Source: Deltaproteobacteria bacterium (GTDB lineage Bacteria; Myxococcota; Kuafuiibacteriia; Kuafuiibacteriales; Kuafuiibacteriaceae). Taken from it: a DNA stretch of 64,000 bases. Positions 47,047 to 56,925 of the stretch are shown one piece after another; position 1 is the first letter of the stretch; each line of letters begins with the position of its first letter. Under the pieces are notes generated by a model, which searched no databases, was not told the origin of the DNA, and saw only the letters and a program-made list of their open reading frames with translations. Where the stretch lies: assembly GCA_040218735.1 (NCBI GenBank), contig JAVJQW010000027.1, positions 1-64,000 on the forward strand. Reading direction: 5' to 3'. Made by a program: the position numbers and the translations under genes.

Positions 47047-49443
47047 ATGGCATCGGGGGAGCGCGCGCCGAAGACCTTGTGGGCCTGTCTGGACCTCGCG
47101 GACCACTGCCTCGGTGCAGAGGGCGTGCAGACCCTCGACGTGGCGGCCGCGCTCGTCGATCGCGCGACGTGTGCGCTCGAGGTCGCGCCGTCCTCCGAGG
47201 CGACGGAGGTGTTGGCCGTCGCGATCATCGAGCGCTCGGCGCGGCTCGTCGAGGCGTACGCGGGGTATCGGATCGCCGAGTCGCTAAGGCACCTCGAAGC
47301 CGCGAAGCGCGCGCTGGCCGACGCGCTGTTCAAGAACACGAAGCTGCGACGTCGCATGGAGGCGGTCCTCGGGACCGCGGCGATGAACGCGCTCATCACC
47401 TACGACTCGCGCCTCGACGCGATCGTTCAGTCCGAGGGTTATCTGGTCGGGGTAGGGGACGAGCTGCTCGGTACGGCGCGTGCGTTCCTGTTCGGCAGCA
47501 CGGCGGGCGGAGCGCGGGCCGCCGCCGCGCGCCAGAGGCTCGCCGAGCTCGAGGCCGCGCTCGATCGCGTGGACGACGTGTGGAACGTGGCCGAGCGCCA
47601 GATCGAGAACGGCTATCGCGAGCTCACCGCGCCGCTCGAAGACGGCGACCGTGACGGCTGCGCCGAGGTCACCGCGCAGCTGATCGTCGGCTCGGAGCAG
47701 CTCGCGGTCGGCTGGGAGATCGCCGTCGCGGAGCGTCGCGAGCTGACGCTCCTGCACGGGCTCCGCGTGTTGGCCAACGAGCGATCGTCCGACCCTGCGA
47801 TCTACGCGGCGGACGGGACGGTGCGCGGGTTCGTCGGCGGCGGCGAGGAGTGGGCGGCGTTCGTCGAGTGTGTCGCGACCCGCGAGCTCCCCGTCGCGCG
47901 GTTGTTGACGCAGAGCCTCGTCGAGACGCGCGCGGCGCCGTCGGATTTACCGGCCGCCGTGATCACCGAGCGGATGCGCGACGCGGTGTGTCCGCCGACG
48001 CGTGACCTGCTTCCGAAGCTCTCGGTGGTGGTGCTGGTCGCGCTGGTGCAGTCGACGACGACGGCGTGCCTGATGACCCCGAGCAACGGCGAGTCGGTCG
48101 CGAGCACGACGGCGCCGATCGAGCTCACCGGTTACGCACAGGCGGCAAACGCGACGGTGCAGATCGCCGCGGCGCCGTCGGCCGCGGGCCCCTTCACTAC
48201 CATCGCGACGACGCAGGCGTCGGCGTCCCCGTCCGAGTTCTGGGGCGGAGCGCAGCTGTACGCGTTCGACGTCACCGCGGTCGTTCCGGCGTCGTCTTGG
48301 TCGCCGGGGTGCCTGGAGGACGAGGCGTTCGTCCGCGCCTACGGGAACAGCATCGCGCTGCCGACGTACGACCACCCGTCGGTCGCCGCGGAGCACCCGG
48401 GCGTCTGTTTCCTCCGCGAGGAGGCCGCGGGGACGAGCTTCTACGACGCGCTGTTCATCTGCGCGTCGCCGGACAGCCCCGTCGCGCGCATCACCGCACC
48501 CGCGGACTACAGCACGACGCACGTGGGCGACGTGACGATCGACGACGCGGCGGACGTCGCGGCGTTCTCTTGCGTGGGGACGATCGACGGCGACCTGGAG
48601 ATCACCGGCCCGTTCGCACTCGACGTCTCGCTGCCCGCGCTCCAGGTCGTGACCGGGGACGTACACATCGACTACCCGCGTGACGGCGCGGGCGTCGGCC
48701 GCACGGTGCAGCTCCCTCGCTTCGCGACGATCGGTGGCGACCTGTTGATCACGACGTCCGGCGGTACACCCGCGGAGCTGGACTTCGGGCTCGAAGCGCT
48801 CGTGAACCTGGGGCGCAACCTCACGCTGCAGCTCCAGGTCGGCGGCATCGAGTCGTGGGATGGGCTCGACGCGCTCGTCCACGTCCCGGGTGACTTCGCC
48901 ATCGACCAGAGCAGCGGTGACATTCGCGTCGGCGCGCTGACTTCGCTCGAGGTCGTGGACGGCGACGTCACCCTCGACATGGCGGGGACGGTGCCGGGTG
49001 ACTATCTGCCGTCACTTCGGATCGTGGGGGGTGACTTCGTCGTGCCGTTTGCGCGGTTCACGGGGACGATATTTCCGGCGCTCGAGATGGTCGGCGGTGA
49101 CTTCACCCTGAGTAGATGGGTTCAGACTTTTCAGTTGGGTCCCATGGGTAACACGCAGGCCTTCGCTGCACTCGACTACGTGGGTGGGGCGCTGACGCTC
49201 CTGCACGGGGCGCAGTACGCCCTCTTGGATCTCGGGGCCCCGACCCTCGACGTCGGTGCGTTCATGCTGACGAGTCCGACCGTCGCTACGCTCGGAACGA
49301 CCTCGATCGCGGTGCGCGGCGCCGGCGCGATCGTCATCGTCGACAACCCGAACCTGTGTACGTCCGAGGCCGAGGGGTTCGTCGCCGGGCAGTCGCTGCG
49401 TTGGTTCGGCACGGCGACGATCGCTGGCAACGATCGCTGCTGA
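47047..49443 (+). CDS. Large hypothetical protein: helical N-terminal domain, internal signal/lipobox, receptor-L-like repeats
   Basis: ATG 47047 after GGGAGGGG; internal LSVVVLVALVQSTTTAC; repeated L..VxGDF/L solenoid motifs ending DNPNLC. Confidence 0.65.
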   Translation: MASGERAPKTLWACLDLADHCLGAEGVQTLDVAAALVDRATCALEVAPSSEATEVLAVAIIERSARLVEAYAGYRIAESLRHLEAAKRALADALFKNTKLRRRMEAVLGTAAMNALITYDSRLDAIVQSEGYLVGVGDELLGTARAFLFGSTAGGARAAAARQRLAELEAALDRVDDVWNVAERQIENGYRELTAPLEDGDRDGCAEVTAQLIVGSEQLAVGWEIAVAERRELTLLHGLRVLANERSSDPAIYAADGTVRGFVGGGEEWAAFVECVATRELPVARLLTQSLVETRAAPSDLPAAVITERMRDAVCPPTRDLLPKLSVVVLVALVQSTTTACLMTPSNGESVASTTAPIELTGYAQAANATVQIAAAPSAAGPFTTIATTQASASPSEFWGGAQLYAFDVTAVVPASSWSPGCLEDEAFVRAYGNSIALPTYDHPSVAAEHPGVCFLREEAAGTSFYDALFICASPDSPVARITAPADYSTTHVGDVTIDDAADVAAFSCVGTIDGDLEITGPFALDVSLPALQVVTGDVHIDYPRDGAGVGRTVQLPRFATIGGDLLITTSGGTPAELDFGLEALVNLGRNLTLQLQVGGIESWDGLDALVHVPGDFAIDQSSGDIRVGALTSLEVVDGDVTLDMAGTVPGDYLPSLRIVGGDFVVPFARFTGTIFPALEMVGGDFTLSRWVQTFQLGPMGNTQAFAALDYVGGALTLLHGAQYALLDLGAPTLDVGAFMLTSPTVATLGTTSIAVRGAGAIVIVDNPNLCTSEAEGFVAGQSLRWFGTATIAGNDRC

Positions 49444-49549
49444 GTCCCGACGCGTCTCAGCTCGCGTTCGTCCGTCGACGCCAATGGTCCGGCGAAGTCC
49501 GATCCGAATTCGGCGGTGAAGATCGCCGCGCCGGGGCACTGCCTCGGGC

Positions 49550-50218
49550 ATGAAACGAACACCGTACTGGATCGCGGTCTCCTTCCTCGTTGCCTGCACG
49601 CAGGTCGACGACGCTGCGGGCCCACCGATCATCGACCAAGACAACGCGGAGCTGGACTGCCAGATCCCCAGTGACGAACCCGGACTCCTCAACGACGGCC
49701 GAGCCGAGTGGGCGGGCGCTGGAGAGGAGGTGCTGTCGGCCGACGGAACGAGCGCGCTCGCGACGGTGGTGCTGCAGGGGCCCAGTCATCGCGTGGCCGA
49801 GCTCGTCGTCGAAGCGCGCGCACGAATCGGCAACCGCCATGTGGAGCTCTTGAACGCGCGGCGACGGCTGGAGCCCGCTGAGGTGGCGCGGGTCGCGATC
49901 GATCTGCGACCCGCGCTCGCCCTCGACTCGGCGCAGCTCGACCATGTCACGCACGTCGTCGTGTCCGTCGCAGCGCTGGACGAGACGGGTCGTGTCCTCG
50001 AGCGCACGTCACTCCCCGGTCGGTATCTCGCCGTTCAGAAGGAGGGCACCGCCCGGGTGTTCTGCAACGAGACCTTCGTTCAACGCTACGCGGACGGCTT
50101 GACCAACGCCGACGCGCGGCAGCGGTACCACACCGCCCGCGCCGCGCTCCCGCCCGACGACTCGATCTCTCTCGGCGTCGGTCCTGGCCTCTACAAATTC
50201 ACCCCGTCCGCAGAATAG
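49550..50218 (+). CDS. Hypothetical lipoprotein
   Basis: Lipobox FLVAC. Confidence 0.75.
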   Translation: MKRTPYWIAVSFLVACTQVDDAAGPPIIDQDNAELDCQIPSDEPGLLNDGRAEWAGAGEEVLSADGTSALATVVLQGPSHRVAELVVEARARIGNRHVELLNARRRLEPAEVARVAIDLRPALALDSAQLDHVTHVVVSVAALDETGRVLERTSLPGRYLAVQKEGTARVFCNETFVQRYADGLTNADARQRYHTARAALPPDDSISLGVGPGLYKFTPSAE

Positions 50219-50228
50219 GAGACGAACA

Positions 50229-51395
50229 ATGCGATTCCCTTCAACGATGTTGCTTCTCGCGGCGATGTTCGCCGCCCCCGCGACCGCCTCCGCCTACTCC
50301 GCGACCATCTGCTTCGAGTACGAAGTGGACTTCGCCGACCGACTGGGTGGCGATTGGTGGAGAAGCACTGCGGACAAGACGGCCCGGGGTGTCCGGGTTC
50401 AGGTCATCACCCAAAGCGGTGTCGTCGTGTTCAACGACTACGCGAGCGCGTCGACGGGCTGCACGCCGACCCTCTCGATGGGCGCGACGCCGCACCTGAT
50501 CCGCGCGTTCACGATCGCCAAGACACAGCACAACAACCTCGTGATGGTCTTGGACGACGATGAGAGCCACGTGTCCTACTCGTTCACGGTCGCATCGGCG
50601 TTCACGCCGTACGCGTCGGGGACCTACACGTTCCCGATCGACAACCCGAGCAGTGGAGCGGCGGAGGACGTGGTGAACGTCGCTGCCGCGGCCGGTTACG
50701 CAGTCAACAAACGCAACGGCGGACACCACAACCAGACCTTCTCCCTCTACAACCAGATCTGCCCCAGCGGCACCGGTAGCTGCATGAGGCAAGGCGGCGC
50801 GAAGATGTACCTCTCCCCGTACGGGAAACGTCGGAAGTTCATCATCGCGCACGAAGTCGGTCACGCGGTCGGTGCGAAGCGCGACGAGTTCACGTCGCCC
50901 GCGGTCAGCGCCTCTTCCGCGGCGAGCGCGTGCGACGAATGGACCGATACGTCCCACGATCTCGTGAGCAAGGAGTGGCAGTCGACCGGGTTCATCGAAG
51001 GCTACGCACACTTCTACGCGGCGACGGTCTTCAACGACCCGGCGGAGTACGACTGTGAGTTCTTCTATTACAAGTCGATCGACTTCGATAAAAACGGCTT
51101 CGGCGAGAGTCCGCGGGTCCGAGACTGTGAGGTTGGCGGTGACTACCTCGGGACGTACTGCGACGCACCGCTCACGAATCGGTCGACCGAGTACGACTGG
51201 CTGCGGTTCCTCTGGGACCTGCACACCAACGAAGGCGAGACGTTCACCAACATCACCGACATCCTGGACCGCGCGAATCCGCGGAACTGGACGGAGGCCA
51301 CCGTCTACGATCGGCTCCGTGACGCCGCGATCGTCGAAGGGGTCTCTGCTTCGGCGTGGGACGACATCGCGGCGTACAACGGCGTCACGCGCTGA
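50229..51395 (+). CDS. Secreted zinc metalloprotease-like protein (gluzincin)
   Basis: RBS AGGAG; signal peptide ASA-Y; IIAHEVGH and downstream FIEGYAHF. Confidence 0.75.
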   Translation: MRFPSTMLLLAAMFAAPATASAYSATICFEYEVDFADRLGGDWWRSTADKTARGVRVQVITQSGVVVFNDYASASTGCTPTLSMGATPHLIRAFTIAKTQHNNLVMVLDDDESHVSYSFTVASAFTPYASGTYTFPIDNPSSGAAEDVVNVAAAAGYAVNKRNGGHHNQTFSLYNQICPSGTGSCMRQGGAKMYLSPYGKRRKFIIAHEVGHAVGAKRDEFTSPAVSASSAASACDEWTDTSHDLVSKEWQSTGFIEGYAHFYAATVFNDPAEYDCEFFYYKSIDFDKNGFGESPRVRDCEVGGDYLGTYCDAPLTNRSTEYDWLRFLWDLHTNEGETFTNITDILDRANPRNWTEATVYDRLRDAAIVEGVSASAWDDIAAYNGVTR

Positions 51396-51578
51396 GCCGC
51401 GTCGAAGATGCGAGCTCGACGTGCGTTCGACCTGCGCGGGCTGCGAGGAGCAACCCGTAGGGACGAACGCCAGTAGAACCCGCCCACGTTCGTTTGCGCA
51501 CTCCCGCCGTACTCGTGCGACTCGCCACGTCGCCTCCCGTTGACTGACCCGCCGCGAGGCGCCATGGTCCGCGCGAAA

Positions 51579-52874
51579 ATGAGCGCGAAGATCGGCGTTG
51601 TTGGCATGTGGCACCTCGGGTGCGTGATATCGGCCTGCTGGGCCAAGTTGGGGCACAAGGTGGTGGGCGTCGATCGCGACGCCAAACGTATCGACGCCCT
51701 GAAGAACGGCACCCCGCCGTTGTACGAGCCTCACCTCGAGGAGACGATCCAGCAGTACATCGAGAGCGGTCACCTCGCGTTCGACACGGAGGCCTCGGCG
51801 CTCGCAGACGCGGACTTCGTGTTCATGTCCTACGACACGCCGGTCCGCGACGACGACTCCAGCGACGTCACGATCCTGCTCGAGACGATCGACTCGCTCG
51901 CTCCGGTCCTGAAGGACGGCGCGGTCGTCGTGGTCAGCTCGCAGTCGCCGGTCGGGCTCTGCGCGAAGATGCGCGCGACGCTGCAGGCGGCGAACGCCTC
52001 GGTGGAGCTCGCGTACTCACCGGAGAACCTGCGGCTCGGCGAGGCGATTGCGTGTTACCTCGCGCCGGGTCGTGTGATCATCGGGACGGCGACGTCCGAG
52101 GCCGAAGCGAAGGTGAAGGGGCTCTTCGGTGAGATCGACGCGGACCTCGAGTGTATGGGGCTCGAGTCGGCCGAGGCCGTCAAACACGGCATCAACGCGT
52201 GGCTCTCCACGAGCATCACCTTCGCGAACCACCTCGCGGACATCTGCGAGTCGCACGGCGCGCGCATCGACGACGTCGTCCGTGGCATGAAGACGGACCC
52301 GCGCATCGGCCCGAAGGCGTACCTCGCGCCGGGCATCGGGTTCTCGGGCGGCACGCTCGGGCGTGACCTCAAAGTCCTGGAGGCAGCGAACGACGAGGGC
52401 GGCAAGGACGCGACGTTGTTCGGGCACATCCACGCGCTGAACGGGCTGCGCAAGGACGTCGTGGTGCGCAAGGTCGATCGCATGGTCGGCGGCCTCTCCG
52501 GCAAGACCGTCGCGGTGCTCGGCCTGACGTACAAGCCGGGGACGAGCACGCTGCGTCGTTCGCTTCCGCTCGCGGTGGTCGAGACCCTCGCGTCGCAGGG
52601 GGCGACGGTGCGCGCGTACGATCCGAAGGCCGACTACTCCGAGGTGGAGCAGCTTCCGCCGATGACCAAGGCGAGCGGCATCGACGACGCGCTCGAAGGC
52701 GCGGACGTCGTTCTGCTGCTGACGGACTGGCCGGACTTCAAGGAACACGACTTCGCGGGGAGCCTCGCGAAGGCGAAGCAACCGAACTTCTTCGACACGA
52801 AGAACTGCCTCGACGAGGCGAAGATGACGCAGGCCGGCTGGCGGTACGCGTCGATCGGGAGGCCCACGCGATGA
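51579..52874 (+). CDS. UDP-glucose/GDP-mannose dehydrogenase family protein, catalytic Cys absent
   Basis: SPENLRLG, AEAVKHGIN, DPRIG, GFSGGTLGRD, LGLTYKPGT, AYDP. Confidence 0.9.
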   Translation: MSAKIGVVGMWHLGCVISACWAKLGHKVVGVDRDAKRIDALKNGTPPLYEPHLEETIQQYIESGHLAFDTEASALADADFVFMSYDTPVRDDDSSDVTILLETIDSLAPVLKDGAVVVVSSQSPVGLCAKMRATLQAANASVELAYSPENLRLGEAIACYLAPGRVIIGTATSEAEAKVKGLFGEIDADLECMGLESAEAVKHGINAWLSTSITFANHLADICESHGARIDDVVRGMKTDPRIGPKAYLAPGIGFSGGTLGRDLKVLEAANDEGGKDATLFGHIHALNGLRKDVVVRKVDRMVGGLSGKTVAVLGLTYKPGTSTLRRSLPLAVVETLASQGATVRAYDPKADYSEVEQLPPMTKASGIDDALEGADVVLLLTDWPDFKEHDFAGSLAKAKQPNFFDTKNCLDEAKMTQAGWRYASIGRPTR

Positions 52875-53731
52875 AAGCACTGGAAGGCAAGAACGTCATC
52901 ATCACCGGCGGGAGCCTCGGCATCGGCCTCGCCGTCGCGAAGAAGTGCGTCGAAGACGGCGCGCGCGTCGCGATCGGCGCGCGCAACGAAACCGATCTCG
53001 CCAACGCGCTCGAAGAGCTCGACGCGATCGCGCCGGGGCAGGTCAGCCACAAACTCGACGTCGCCGACGACGCCTCCGTCGCGGCGTTCGTCGCGCACTG
53101 CGAGAAAGAGATGGGCGCGCTGCACGGGCTCGTGAACTGCGCCGGTATCTACGGTCCGATCGGCGCCACGCCGAACGTCGACCTCGGCGCGTTCGTGCAG
53201 GCGATCCAGGTGAACTTCCTGGGCACGGTACGGATGTGTCAGGTGGTTGCGCCGAAGCTGGTCGCAAACGCCGAGGGGAAGAAGAAGATCGTGAACTTCT
53301 CGGGCGGCGGCGCGGCGAGCCCGTTCCCGAACTACTCGGCCTACGCGACGAGCAAGGTCGCCATCGTTCGCTTCACCGAGAACCTGTCGCTGGAGCTCGC
53401 GGACGACGGCGTCGAAGTGAACTGCATCGCGCCGGGGTTCGTCGTGACCCGTCTGCACCAGCAGACGGCGGCGGCCGGCGCGGACGCGGCGGGCGCGGGG
53501 TTCTTCGAGAAGACGCAGAAGATGGTCGAGGACGGCGGCGTCCCACCCGACAAGGCGGCGAACCTCTCCGCGATGCTGTTGTCGTCGGTCGGCAACGGCA
53601 TCAGCGGTAAGTTCCTCGCGGCGCCGTGGGACGCGTGGGACCAGCCCGAGTTCCGGGAGCGGCTGATGAACGAGAAGAACTTCTGCACGCTCCGCCGGAT
53701 CGACGACAAAGGTTTCTTCGAGAAGAAGTAG
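52871..53731 (+). CDS. SDR family oxidoreductase
   Basis: TGGSLGIG, NCAG, YATSK; ATGA overlap. Confidence 0.93.
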   Translation: MKALEGKNVIITGGSLGIGLAVAKKCVEDGARVAIGARNETDLANALEELDAIAPGQVSHKLDVADDASVAAFVAHCEKEMGALHGLVNCAGIYGPIGATPNVDLGAFVQAIQVNFLGTVRMCQVVAPKLVANAEGKKKIVNFSGGGAASPFPNYSAYATSKVAIVRFTENLSLELADDGVEVNCIAPGFVVTRLHQQTAAAGADAAGAGFFEKTQKMVEDGGVPPDKAANLSAMLLSSVGNGISGKFLAAPWDAWDQPEFRERLMNEKNFCTLRRIDDKGFFEKK

Positions 53732-53738
53732 GCCGCCT

Positions 53739-54497
53739 TCAGTCCGAGCTCTCGAGCGCGACCGTGCCGTCCTTCAGGTCGACGCTGTAGCGGCGCTCCC
53801 CGTCGAGCACGAGCTGCGCCGCGCCGGAGCCGTCGAACGTGACGACGGCGTTCACGTCGATCTCCCGCTCGATGTCGCGGAACGTGCGCGACTTGGTCTG
53901 CTTCGCGTGCACGTCGTATTCGATCGTGCCGGCGACCGGCACCTCGTCCGCGGTGCGGATCTGCACGGCGTCGTAGCGGGCGTCGTAGTCGAGGACGAAC
54001 GTGCGCGTCTCGTTGCGGAAGATCGCCATGAACTCCGACTCGACGTCGAACGTTCCGCTGCCGTCGAGCGTCGCGGTCTCGCCGGTGAGGCCGACGATCT
54101 GCCAGTCGCCGGTGCGGCTGAGCTCCGCGTCGTAGCGTGCCGTGTCGATCGTGCCCTGCACGTCGAGGACGAGTCGCGCCGAGTCGGTGGTCTCGTCGCA
54201 GGGGGCGAGGGTCGCGCCCGCGGCGTCCTGGCAGGTGACTTCGAAGCTGTAGTCGACGGTGCCGCGTTTGCCGCTGATGGAGCCCATGCCGCTCCGGGAG
54301 AGGCCGCTCGGGACCTCGCCGTGCGCCGCCTCCATGCCGTCGGAGATCGCTTCGGTCTCGCTGCCGGGGTTGTCGGAGACGAGGCCGGCGACGCCGGTCG
54401 CGATGTCGTCGTACTCCTCGGGGGTGGGCTGCTGGCCGCAGGCGAGGGCGAAGGCGCTGAGGCCGAGGATGAGGGTCGTGGTGCGCGTGCTGTTCAT
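53739..54497 (-). CDS. Hypothetical beta-rich lipoprotein
   Basis: Lipobox ALAC; RBS AAAGGA. Confidence 0.8.
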   Translation of the reverse strand: MNSTRTTTLILGLSAFALACGQQPTPEEYDDIATGVAGLVSDNPGSETEAISDGMEAAHGEVPSGLSRSGMGSISGKRGTVDYSFEVTCQDAAGATLAPCDETTDSARLVLDVQGTIDTARYDAELSRTGDWQIVGLTGETATLDGSGTFDVESEFMAIFRNETRTFVLDYDARYDAVQIRTADEVPVAGTIEYDVHAKQTKSRTFRDIEREIDVNAVVTFDGSGAAQLVLDGERRYSVDLKDGTVALESSD

Positions 54498-54574
54498 GGA
54501 ATCGAGTTCCTTTCACGAGCTTGGACCGGCTCGCGGCCGCTCGACGGCAACAAAATGAACTCGAATGACCGCGC

Positions 54575-56839
54575 TCACAAGCGCCCGGGCGTTTTGTCCC
54601 CCAGGTAGTCCGTGTCGATCAGCTCGCCGCCACTCTTGAGCACGACGCCCTTCATGTCGGTGGGCGCGAGCCCCATCTTCATCGCGCCGACCCAGGTCTT
54701 GAGGCGTTCCGGTCGCCCGCGCGTGAGGAACCGCTTCCCCTGCATCGACTCGTACAGCTCCGACACACTCTTGCGCATCCGGGCCTGGAACTTCGTGCGG
54801 AAGAAACCTAGGCGCCCGAGGAACGACATCTGGCTGACGTCCCCGAGCTTGGCGAGCTCCTCGAACTGCGAGGGCAGGTCCGTGAATTCACCGTCCGCGT
54901 TGCGCCCGCGGTCGTAGACCTGTTTGAGCGCCGCGGTCGCGTACGCGTCGACGACCGACGCGTTGTCCGACGCGATCGACACACCGACGTCGACCTGCTC
55001 TCCGAAGTCCGGGCCGCAGCTCGACACCGTCTGCCGCATGTCCGTCCAGGTGAAGGCCGTCATGTGTTTGAAGAACAGCTCGAGCTCGCCGAGTTTGTCG
55101 AAGAAACCTTGGCCGGGTCCGCCGGCCTGCTGACCCTTGCCTTCATCGGCCAGCGCCTGCGCCTCGCTCGACAGGTGGTGAATCCACTGCTCACCGGTGT
55201 CGACCATGTCGTCGTAGTGTGCCTCCCAGTCGAAGCCGTTCATCTTCTCTTCGGTGAGGCGCCCCTCGTCCTCCAGCCCCTTCAGGTTCACCGCGCCGGT
55301 ACCCATCCAACGCACCGCCTGCTCGATGCGCTCGGTGAAGGTGCCGTAGTCCTCGCCGTCGCGCGGCTTCGGGACGCGCGCGAACTTGTTGTGCAGGACC
55401 ACGCCGCGATCGACGCCCGCGAGCAAGCCGATGTGATTCTTGTTCGCACCGGTGAGCCCGCAGTTACTCATGATGCCGTGGCGCCCCGGGGGCTTCGGTA
55501 GGTTGATCATCTTCTTGAACTTCAGGAGGTGGGCGTTCACGCGAATCCCGTCCTTGAAGTGTTTCATCGAGTCGTACTGTTGGCGCGTGACCGGGATTTC
55601 GTTCTCCTTCAGCTTCATTCCTCGTCGCGCGACGACGGGCTTCAAGATGACGGTCGGCCCCTCGTCGAGCGGCAACACCTCGACGCCACCCTCCTTCGCG
55701 AGCGCGATGAGATCGGCGTCGTGCCGATTGATCAGCGGGACGAGGTCTTCGATCTTCGGCGACGCCGGGATCTCACGCTTCGTGTCGTCACGGTAAGTAC
55801 GCTCGCGTTCGATCATGGCGCGGTGCACGTGGTTCAACGCGTGCTGGTGTGCCTCCGCGTTCGAGAGCCCCTGCTTGCGGTAGTGGTTCTCGATGCCCGC
55901 GAAGATCCCCGCGCCGAGGATGTTCGTGTCCTCCATGTTGTCCATGGTGGTGCGACCGAAGTCCTTGTTCTCGATCCCCGACTCGTCCGCGATCGTCACG
56001 GGCACGTTTTTGTTCTTCGCCGCCGCCTTCTCGAGCGTCCCGAGCGCGGCGCCGTAACACGCCTCCCAGCTCGTCACGCTCGGGTAGCCGTTGATGCCCC
56101 AGTTGATGCCGGGTTTGATGAGCATCGGGTGCGGCTCGTCCTCGGGCACCCATTCGAGCCAGTTCCACCCGCCGATCTCCTCTGACTGCCTGAGGAACGC
56201 CGCCATGATCTGCTGCGCGCTCGACTTCACCGGCAGCGCCGCGACGCTCGCCGTCGCGCGCACGTTCCCCGCCTGCTTGCGCGCCGCCTGCACCTCGGCC
56301 TCGGACGCCTCACCGCTGCGTGCGAACTGCGCGAACGCGCCGTCGCGCCACTCCATCATGACCTCGGCGTTTGCGGCGCGCGCTGCGCTCGCTTCCTTCC
56401 CCGCGCCGACCGTCTTCAGCACCGCCGGGTCGATGTCCGCGAGGTTCGCGTGTGCGAAGCGGAGGAGATCGAAGCGCGCGAGCTTGCCTTCGCGCGTGAG
56501 CTCACCGTCCGCCGTCGACTCGAAGTTGCGCGCGTCCATCCCGACCTCGAGGAGGAACCGCGCTTCGTCGTCGGTGACTTGCCCGCCATCCCACGCGGCC
56601 TTCTTCAGCGCGAAGGTCTGCTTCGTCGTGAGTTGCAGCCCTCGCCCGTGCCCGCCGAGGAACCGCTTCTGCAGCACGTCGCGCATGCCGAGCCGGAGCT
56701 TCAGGTTTCGCGTCGAGTCGAGCGGCACGAAGATTCGGTTGCTCTCCGCGCCGACCTCGCCGCGCTTCATCGTCCCCATCAACGAACCGAGGAAGAGGGA
56801 GACGGCCTCGGAGGTCTTCGGCATCCGCATGCCGACCAT
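54575..56839 (-). CDS. Large protein with DUF362-like domain
   Basis: LIKPGIN, IADES, INLPK...H, LTGANKNHIG, IASDN..VVDA. Confidence 0.6.
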   Translation of the reverse strand: MVGMRMPKTSEAVSLFLGSLMGTMKRGEVGAESNRIFVPLDSTRNLKLRLGMRDVLQKRFLGGHGRGLQLTTKQTFALKKAAWDGGQVTDDEARFLLEVGMDARNFESTADGELTREGKLARFDLLRFAHANLADIDPAVLKTVGAGKEASAARAANAEVMMEWRDGAFAQFARSGEASEAEVQAARKQAGNVRATASVAALPVKSSAQQIMAAFLRQSEEIGGWNWLEWVPEDEPHPMLIKPGINWGINGYPSVTSWEACYGAALGTLEKAAAKNKNVPVTIADESGIENKDFGRTTMDNMEDTNILGAGIFAGIENHYRKQGLSNAEAHQHALNHVHRAMIERERTYRDDTKREIPASPKIEDLVPLINRHDADLIALAKEGGVEVLPLDEGPTVILKPVVARRGMKLKENEIPVTRQQYDSMKHFKDGIRVNAHLLKFKKMINLPKPPGRHGIMSNCGLTGANKNHIGLLAGVDRGVVLHNKFARVPKPRDGEDYGTFTERIEQAVRWMGTGAVNLKGLEDEGRLTEEKMNGFDWEAHYDDMVDTGEQWIHHLSSEAQALADEGKGQQAGGPGQGFFDKLGELELFFKHMTAFTWTDMRQTVSSCGPDFGEQVDVGVSIASDNASVVDAYATAALKQVYDRGRNADGEFTDLPSQFEELAKLGDVSQMSFLGRLGFFRTKFQARMRKSVSELYESMQGKRFLTRGRPERLKTWVGAMKMGLAPTDMKGVVLKSGGELIDTDYLGDKTPGRL

Positions 56840-56925
56840 TGAGCCTCACACCTGCGGACGTGTCACGGGACGGACCTCGACTCCGTCATTCGTCGCCGTC
56901 GAGTGTCAGCGAAACGACCGCTCGG

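Noticed and set aside
51396-51563. Intergenic hairpin ACGAACG...CGTTCGT as ncRNA or terminator
   Set aside because: Short stem, no U-tract, no recognisable family
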